Source: an uncultured Parachlamydiaceae bacterium
GTDB taxonomy: Bacteria > Chlamydiota > Chlamydiia > Chlamydiales > Parachlamydiaceae
Reading direction: 5' to 3'
Assembly (NCBI GenBank): GCA_963742415.1
Contig: CAVULX010000003.1
Location: 96,001 to 160,000 of the forward strand
DNA: 64,000 nucleotides
A program made the translations under genes and the position numbers. The notes under the pieces are model-generated. The model made no database searches. It saw only the letters and a program-made list of their open reading frames with translations, and had not been told where the DNA came from. Of the stretch, positions 58,301 through 64,000 are shown one piece after another (position 1 is the stretch's first letter; each line of letters starts with the position of its first letter).

Positions 58301-59948
58301 CTCGCAGAGGGAAATCAACCAATTAGCCGCCGACCTCAAAGCGGGTTCCCTCAGCTTTACGCCTCGCATTTTATCTGAAGAAAACGTCAGCCCAGAATTG
58401 GGACAGGAAGAGCGCACCAAAGGAATTATTGCTTCTCTTATAGCCCTCATCACCGTCGTGATAGCCATGGTCGGCTACTACCGATTTGCAGGGGTGGTCG
58501 CCTCTTGCGCCGTCATTTTCAACATCCTGATCATGTGGGGTGTCTTGCAAAATATCGACGCGGCGATCACATTGCCTGGCATTGCAGGTATCGTGCTCAC
58601 CATCGGTATGGCAGTCGATGCCAACGTGCTCGTGTTTGAGAGGTTTCGGGAAGAATTCAAGATATCGGGAAGGATCGCCTCAGCTATACAAGCCGGATAC
58701 CGCAAAGCCTTCAGCGCCATTGTGGATTCAAACATCACAACCATCATCGCTGCTTTAGTCTTGATCCAATTTGATTCGGGACCGATTAAAGGATTTGCTG
58801 TCACCCTGATCATCGGGATTATCTCATCGATGTTTACAGCTCTCTTTATGACCCGCTATTTCTTTGCAGGATGGGTTCAAAACCCCAAACATAAAACCCT
58901 TACAATGTCTCAATTTATCGGACAAACCCACTTTGACTTCTTAGCTCAGGCTAAAAAGGCGATCCTGATTTCTTTAGCTGTCATGGTAATCGGTTCTTTC
59001 TTGTTTGCAACGCAATATAAGACCATGTTTGGCATGGATTTCACGGGGGGATACTCTGTCAATGTGGAATTAGCAGAAAAGCCGGGCAACCCCAATTATC
59101 GATTAGAAACAGCTGAAGCTCTACTTTCCCACGGAGCCACAGCGAACGATTTTCAAATCCGGGAATTAAGCCATCCAAATCCATTGCGCATTCAGTTAGG
59201 GACGAGAATGGAAGAAAAAGGGCATCCTTTCTATCAGATGCCCGAATCTTTAACGGAAGGGAAGTTTACATATCCTTATCAGAGCAACCCTCGCATTGTA
59301 TGGGTCGTGAACGCCCTTAATGATGCGGGATTAACCGTTCAGAAATCTCAATTTGATCATTTGGACCAAAATTGGACAGTCATGAGCGGGCAATTCTCCG
59401 ACGCCATGCGCCACAACGCAGCCATCGGCCTTGCTATTGCATTGTTTAGCATCTTGGTGTATATTACTTTCCGATTTGAATTTAAATTTGCAGTGAGTGC
59501 CGTTGTAGGATTAATTCACGATGTCATCATCACGTTAGGGATTCTTGCTTTCTTCCATTGGCTAGGATTCCAGGTGCAGATTGACTTGCAAGTCGTAGGC
59601 GCTATCATGACGATCATCGGTTATTCATTGAATGATACCATTATTGTGTTTGACAGGATCAGGGAAGACATTAGAATTTTACGCAAAATGGACTTCCATT
59701 CAATTGTCAATCACGCCTTGAATGTCACATTAAGCCGTACCATCATGACATCAGGAACAACTTTATTGGTGCTCCTGTCCCTTGTGTTCTTGGGTGGTAA
59801 ATCTATCTTTGCTTTTTCCCTTGTCATGACAATTGGCGTTGTTGTAGGAACGTTGTCCTCCCTATTTATTGCAGCCCCTGTTCTCATGTTCCTCCACGAC
59901 AGAGAAGAGCGGCAGCAATCTGAACAGTACAATGCGGGCAAGCTATAA
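55383..59948 (+). CDS. secDF: fused protein translocase subunit SecD/SecF with large periplasmic insertion
   Basis: GLDLSGG, IGMAVDANVLVFER, DSNITT, GMDFTGG, GYSLNDTIIVFDRIRE. Confidence 0.95.
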   Translation: MQKQQRWQLYVILAVIILTLYNIMPTIFFYTKPLKQPIGQEQAHEVALSIVARVDQLENDAKEWLKAFCKLLGIKPLSVELKEKDPRMIEIAFNSSADAELFKRFLPKAGELIPFVPSQLELESSSKDDTSNKAVVIRQIGVHLDPANVDKLFTFTPKHNADGEISPFYQSLINDRIAQLAIAFGGTRPTASQMLASIQNPTDSRLDDIIISLAKEIVEINDNLAKDSPITKRYFASFAQNQQEDSTQAIQKFLTRAETLKTKIGTQIDTLLKKQKALKDKGEFLDSEQQQLLTLLENHRSALENGIAIIRKNSADFKSIPPLNEASAAALISKSGQSIKDNKQIISLEGHNPFIQALVVDWSNDKIYLQFYKDVQEILKSENTTENQAFQKEKLNQFIINDIARASRLTEEKLIPDENTYSVNLNNLTNATGFLSLNLGPLAEIQSNQILDQLLIQWLPQHTDLVRAVYPIQDYRTYKGLKPEEQKLGLVVYAPAMEETPPPAGFRNGSLYVIARGMDPIIKKFQQTPESTESQTFIQDINQLTALLQQSGFIGYPGSSYGIAPEFSKDYIFELDDYYSKLIKATREDFHAQGSKRYAVLDFTDVEQRILALNKIDDQIQEDLLKWKDEYHAAQVDTNVTSRYLVPAPTKNVFWENFKLSFIKYFRGDDRKILKWGLDLSGGKTVRIGLRDQNGKPVTNPDDLNQAVNELYTRINKMGVSERTIRVEGENIILDFPGSQDLSATELIKASAMYFHVVNEKFSPRNPILRESVNQFLQNVWNEAVVTNRKDIDSINEIAWKHLGGDSQEKTEFPRSDYATLLYDHGLRLANPKDKSISHDFNDTLSSIGMMRGNDFSDWNQQTHPLVVIFHNYALEGSNLTNIQVGYDPSEGNILTFSVKRSYEGSQGKGGSPRDDFYTWTSQFSEDKIAGTPKEAYSQGQGWRMAVILNGVIVSQPALKAALRDGATISGRFSQREINQLAADLKAGSLSFTPRILSEENVSPELGQEERTKGIIASLIALITVVIAMVGYYRFAGVVASCAVIFNILIMWGVLQNIDAAITLPGIAGIVLTIGMAVDANVLVFERFREEFKISGRIASAIQAGYRKAFSAIVDSNITTIIAALVLIQFDSGPIKGFAVTLIIGIISSMFTALFMTRYFFAGWVQNPKHKTLTMSQFIGQTHFDFLAQAKKAILISLAVMVIGSFLFATQYKTMFGMDFTGGYSVNVELAEKPGNPNYRLETAEALLSHGATANDFQIRELSHPNPLRIQLGTRMEEKGHPFYQMPESLTEGKFTYPYQSNPRIVWVVNALNDAGLTVQKSQFDHLDQNWTVMSGQFSDAMRHNAAIGLAIALFSILVYITFRFEFKFAVSAVVGLIHDVIITLGILAFFHWLGFQVQIDLQVVGAIMTIIGYSLNDTIIVFDRIREDIRILRKMDFHSIVNHALNVTLSRTIMTSGTTLLVLLSLVFLGGKSIFAFSLVMTIGVVVGTLSSLFIAAPVLMFLHDREERQQSEQYNAGKL

Positions 59949-59988
59949 TAAAACGTGTGTATGAGCCGTAGAGGCGCAGAGATTAACG

Positions 59989-60111
59989 AACAAAGAACAA
60001 GATAAGCAAGATCGCCTTCGGCAGCAGGGTAAGCAAGATAAAGAAACAAATAATTTTTTTATCTTGCTTACCCTGCTGCCGAAGGCGATCTTGCTTATCT
60101 TGTTCTTTGTT
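59989..60111. repeat. perfect 54-bp inverted repeat, family A copy 2
   Basis: AACAAAGAACAAGATAAGCAAGATCGCCTTCGGCAGCAGGGTAAGCAAGATAAA (59989-60042), 15-nt loop, exact complement (60058-60111). Confidence 0.95.
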
Positions 60112-60161
60112 TGATAATCTCTATGCTTCTGGTTAAATGTCTTTCACCCAGCATTTGGCAC

Positions 60162-60189
60162 TTGACTTTCATACATTTACGATTACAAT
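60162..60189 (+). promoter_or_regulatory. sigma66-type promoter of recJ
   Basis: TTGACT-N16-TACAAT. Confidence 0.5.
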
Positions 60190-60221
60190 AAAGGATACTA
60201 ATTGGATTTAGGAGTAATTTA

Positions 60222-61991
60222 ATGCTTCCTTGGCATTCTATGGAAGAACCACTATGGATGTACCCCCTCATAGATAATACGTTAAAAGAAGCTATTATCA
60301 AAGAATTCAAAATCCATCCTGTCATTGCACAAATTCTTGTCTCCCGCGGTTTCGCTTCCCTCGAAGAAATCCATAGCTACCTTTATGCAAAATTGCCCGA
60401 TCTTTGCGACCCCTTCTTGCTGGCTGAAATGCAAAAAGCTGTCGATCGAGTTTGCAAAGCCATCAACAATTATGAAAATATTTTAATTTATGGCGATAAT
60501 GATGTCGATGGAATGACAGGAACAGCCCTTCTGACAGAGTTTTTACAATATTTAGGAGCTAATGTCTTTTACTATGTTTCAAATCGGGGCCCCTTACGCC
60601 AAAGCTTAATTGTAGAAGCTCTTGAATACGCCCTAAAAAACCAATGTAAGCTGCTTATCACTGTCGATTGCGGCATCACCGCAGCAGGGGAAATTGCCAA
60701 AGTCGTCGAAAAAAATGTCGATGTCATCGTCACCGATCACCACGAGCCAACAGATAAAATCCCTCACTGCATTGCAACTCTAAATCCAAAACTGTTAAAT
60801 AACGCCTATCCAAATCGAGAATTAACAGGTGTCGGCGTCGCTTTCAAACTGGCCCATGGCATCACCAAACAATTGGTGATGGAAGGAAAAATCGCCCCGA
60901 AAAAAATCGATCTTAAGCGCTATCTCGATCTCGTCGCACTCGGGACTATCTCCGATATGGGAGCTCTCCTCGGTGAAAACCGAATTCTGGTCCGCTATGG
61001 CCTCAAACAACTCCGCAAAACAAAAAGAATCGGCTTGACGAAACTGGTCTCGATATCCGATCTGGACCTAAGCGACATTTCCACTTTTAATATCGCTTCA
61101 AAAATCGCCCCTCGCCTCAACAGCCTCGGAAGGATCGATGATCCCCAAAAAGGGGTCCAAGTCCTTCTCATCCGAAATGTTTTGACCGCCGAAAAAATGG
61201 CGCAAGAGTTGGACCTCAATAATATTGAACGGCAAAAAATTGAAAGGACCATGTCCTCTGACGTCGAATGTTCGATTCAAGGTTATCCGGAACTCCTCAG
61301 CCATAAAGCAATCATTATGCAATCCGACAAGTGGCATCCAGGGGTCATTGCTATTATTTCCACTAGGATTTCTAAGCATTATAATCGACCCACCGTCATG
61401 ATCGCGATTGATAACGGGATCGGCAAGGGGTCGCTCCGGTCCATTCCCGAATTTCCTCTGCTGCCTATCCTTAAAGATTGCTCCGATATTTTACTCAATT
61501 TTGGAGGGCATGATTTTGCCGCAGGCCTTACCATAAAAGAGCAAAATATTGAAGAATTCAAGAAAAGGTTTTTCAAAGCAGCTGACGAAAAACTGTCCGA
61601 TAATGATGTAATTAATAAACTTTATCTGGATAGCGAAGTCAAGTTTGATGATTTAACTTTTGACTTTATGGAGTCGATCCGGTTGTTGGAACCTTTCGGA
61701 AATGAAAATCCGCAACCTATCCTCTATTGCGATGCAAAACAAGCTTGGCCCCCTAAAGTTGTTGGGAAAACCCATCTTAAACTCTACCTCGAACAAGGGG
61801 ATAGAATTTTAGAAGGAGTGGCGTTCGGAAAGGCTGACTACAGTCCAATGCTCAGAAAAAAAGATATGACACTCCGAGTGGCATTTACCCCTCAGATCAA
61901 TGATTTCCAAGGTCAGAGCATTCAATTGCTGATTCGAGACTTCAAAATCTTAGAAACATCTCCAACCGCGCTTTCAACTCCCACTCGGTAA
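60222..61991 (+). CDS. recJ: single-stranded DNA exonuclease RecJ
   Basis: YGDNDVDG, TVDCG, TDHH, PRLNSLGR, GGHDFAAG, LEPFGNENP. Confidence 0.97.
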   Translation: MLPWHSMEEPLWMYPLIDNTLKEAIIKEFKIHPVIAQILVSRGFASLEEIHSYLYAKLPDLCDPFLLAEMQKAVDRVCKAINNYENILIYGDNDVDGMTGTALLTEFLQYLGANVFYYVSNRGPLRQSLIVEALEYALKNQCKLLITVDCGITAAGEIAKVVEKNVDVIVTDHHEPTDKIPHCIATLNPKLLNNAYPNRELTGVGVAFKLAHGITKQLVMEGKIAPKKIDLKRYLDLVALGTISDMGALLGENRILVRYGLKQLRKTKRIGLTKLVSISDLDLSDISTFNIASKIAPRLNSLGRIDDPQKGVQVLLIRNVLTAEKMAQELDLNNIERQKIERTMSSDVECSIQGYPELLSHKAIIMQSDKWHPGVIAIISTRISKHYNRPTVMIAIDNGIGKGSLRSIPEFPLLPILKDCSDILLNFGGHDFAAGLTIKEQNIEEFKKRFFKAADEKLSDNDVINKLYLDSEVKFDDLTFDFMESIRLLEPFGNENPQPILYCDAKQAWPPKVVGKTHLKLYLEQGDRILEGVAFGKADYSPMLRKKDMTLRVAFTPQINDFQGQSIQLLIRDFKILETSPTALSTPTR

Positions 61992-62100
61992 AAAAGCGTG
62001 CCCGCACCGATGCCCCTGCCCGAAATTTATTTTATAATCTCTATTCTTTAGACATTAATTTAAACAAATCGAACACGGACAGAGGCACGGGCACGTTTTT
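61991..62100. repeat. imperfect GTGCCC-type inverted repeat between convergent recJ and euo
   Basis: AAAAAGCGTGCCCG...CGGGCACGTTTTT with degenerate 6-mer (TGCCCG) units in both arms. Confidence 0.65.
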
Positions 62101-62120
62101 TCCGGGCTCGTGTCTATGAA

Positions 62121-62561
62121 TTAGCCAGCCTTTTGCTTATTAGAAGCCTTTTTCTTGATGTAATTTTCTTGATACTGCTTCACATCATTTTTGTGAATGA
62201 CCCACGCAGCCCCTTTACGCAGAGCTTTCAAATGCCCAACGCGGGTTGCATAGTAAATCTTTTGATTTGGCACTTTAAGCATATCAGCTACTTGACTTAC
62301 AGAAAAATACCCTTTGTTATTATCAAATAAAAGCTCGCCATTATAGAGAGACTTTGTACGGGAGTATTTTTGATTGCGATAAGCTTCTAGATCATCCAAA
62401 TGGATCGTCCAACGAGTTGTTTCCTTCCTCGCTTTCAACTTATTCAATTTAATTGCAACGTAGATAGCTTGCCTTGTCACCCTATTGATTTTAGCAGCTT
62501 CAGTTATCGAAACAACTTTACTTTCAAGCTGTCCCTTTTGGCTGTCCTTATTTTTAGACAT
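62121..62561 (-). CDS. euo: EUO developmental transcriptional repressor
   Basis: VSITEAAK..VTRQAIYVAIK, KYSRTKSLYNGELLFD, QKIYYATRVG, RKGAAWVI; two excisionase-like HTHs; next to recJ. Confidence 0.93.
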   Translation of the reverse strand: MSKNKDSQKGQLESKVVSITEAAKINRVTRQAIYVAIKLNKLKARKETTRWTIHLDDLEAYRNQKYSRTKSLYNGELLFDNNKGYFSVSQVADMLKVPNQKIYYATRVGHLKALRKGAAWVIHKNDVKQYQENYIKKKASNKQKAG

Positions 62562-62932
62562 ATAACCTCCTTGTAATTGTAATAATTTTGTTAAAATTTA
62601 TGTTTTTTGTTATATTTAACTTTAAATTTAATAAACCTAACTTTCAGTCAACAAATAGTTGACAAAACACTTTTATTTATTTTTTCGTTTTTCAGTCTTT
62701 TGAAACGTTTATTTTCTCATAAAAAAGAATTGAAATCAAGAGTTTCTTTACAAAATTTTTATCTTTTCTTCATCTGTTTTTGAACTTGCCCTGTATGCCC
62801 AAGCGAATTTACCCGTTTTATGCAGGATTTGAAATGGGGCTCCGAGTGGATTTTTTTGCACTGAATTTGAATAGCTAAAAACCAATCTGATCGCTATAAT
62901 TAAATTACTTATATTAAACTGGGATAACTTCT

Positions 62933-64000
62933 ATGTTTCATAAAATAATTTTTCTTTTGACGCTTCTTATTCTCCCTTGGTTAGCCGAATGTAAAGTACT
63001 TGAAATTACACCGCAACAAACGACGGCCAAATTGAATGAAATTATGAAAGCCCATGCGACATATAAGCATTTGGCACCAGAACTTGTTAAGCGCGCTTTG
63101 TTAAATTATCTAGAAGAGCTTGATCCCACAAAAAGTTATTTTATTGAGCCTGATATTCACCGTTGGCTTGAACCCACGCCGGAAGAACTAAATCAAATTT
63201 TAGATGACTATAAAAACAGCAACTTCCGAACTTTCACCGCGATTGATGAAGCGATGGTCCAGGCCATCCATCGGCGAAGGAAATTGGAAAAAACAATCGA
63301 TATGTCAAACCTGCCAAAAAAGGTGAACTCTAAAGAGTTTAAAAACATGAAATGGGTGGCGGATACACAGCAACTTTTGGAACGGATTACAAAAATCAAG
63401 GCCTTGCAAGCCGAAGCCTTTTCCAAGTTAAGTCCTGACTTAAGGGAAAAAGCAGGACAGCGGGTCGAAAAACGGCAGCTTAAAACAGAAGAGGATTTCT
63501 TAGATCAAAATGCCTTGCACAGGCAACAGTTAATGCTCACAGACGTCCTCAAAGCTACCGCTGCTGCCCTTGACACCCACACCGCCTATTTTACCCCCGA
63601 GGAAGCCACCCAATTTATGATCAATGTCCAGCAAAAGCTTTATGGCATAGGCGCACAACTCCGCGATGACATCAACGGCTTTACAGTCATAAAAATCATT
63701 GATGGCAGCCCAGCAGCCAATGGAAAACAGCTTAAAGTCAAAGACCGGATCATCGCCGTAAACGGGGAGCCTGTAGTCGGGATGGATATCGTCGATGCGG
63801 TCGAACTGATCCGAGGAGAAGCCAATACTCCTGTTGTGCTTACAGTGATTCGAGAAACGAATGAAGGGGATGAAAAAAAAGAGGATAAACTGGATGTCAC
63901 AATCCCGCGCGGGGAAGTCGTTTTGAAGGAAACGCGATATGAAAGTTCCGTCGAGCCGTTCGGAGATGGCGCTATTGCCTATCTTAGGCTATATTCTTTT
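62933..64000 (+). CDS. tsp: second tail-specific protease (S41, PDZ), partial at window end
   Basis: Manual translation MFHKIIFLLTLLILPW..., ELDPTKSYF, LDTHTAYF, YGIGAQLRDD, IAYLRLYSF. Confidence 0.9.
   Translation, partial: MFHKIIFLLTLLILPWLAECKVLEITPQQTTAKLNEIMKAHATYKHLAPELVKRALLNYLEELDPTKSYFIEPDIHRWLEPTPEELNQILDDYKNSNFRTFTAIDEAMVQAIHRRRKLEKTIDMSNLPKKVNSKEFKNMKWVADTQQLLERITKIKALQAEAFSKLSPDLREKAGQRVEKRQLKTEEDFLDQNALHRQQLMLTDVLKATAAALDTHTAYFTPEEATQFMINVQQKLYGIGAQLRDDINGFTVIKIIDGSPAANGKQLKVKDRIIAVNGEPVVGMDIVDAVELIRGEANTPVVLTVIRETNEGDEKKEDKLDVTIPRGEVVLKETRYESSVEPFGDGAIAYLRLYSF

Noticed and set aside
55383-59948. Unusually long SecDF as a novelty
   Set aside because: Long fused SecDF is a known chlamydial trait, as is the TopA-SWIB fusion.

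Overview
Core-plus-accessory segment of an environmental Chlamydiae (Parachlamydiales-like) chromosome. The assignment rests on TopA-SWIB, euo, an ADP/ATP translocase, the YtgC-YtgR fusion and a long SecDF fusion. Housekeeping blocks are batA/batB-like vWA genes with parB, aroB-dprA-topA (three apparent frameshifts), scpAB, mrp-DUF971-ytgABCD, CT066-like gene with tlcA, secDF-recJ, euo and two tsp paralogs. Accessory content includes HEPN/MNT, Xre-RES (toxin decayed) and HicAB-like modules, a 3940-aa DUF3638-like P-loop protein, two clusters of signal-peptide-bearing glycan-modifying enzymes, and several long intergenic palindromes. The best candidate for an undescribed system is in the AT-rich island between tRNA-Ser and tRNA-Phe. 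It is a polymorphic toxin locus: signal peptide, Cys-rich region, TPR repeats and an Ntox50-like tip, then an intact immunity gene, a decayed second immunity paralog, and an orphan toxin-tip/immunity remnant about 4 kb away. The two decayed parts are not recognisable in the ORF track and were found by manual translation. All family calls come from motif recognition; no database search was run.
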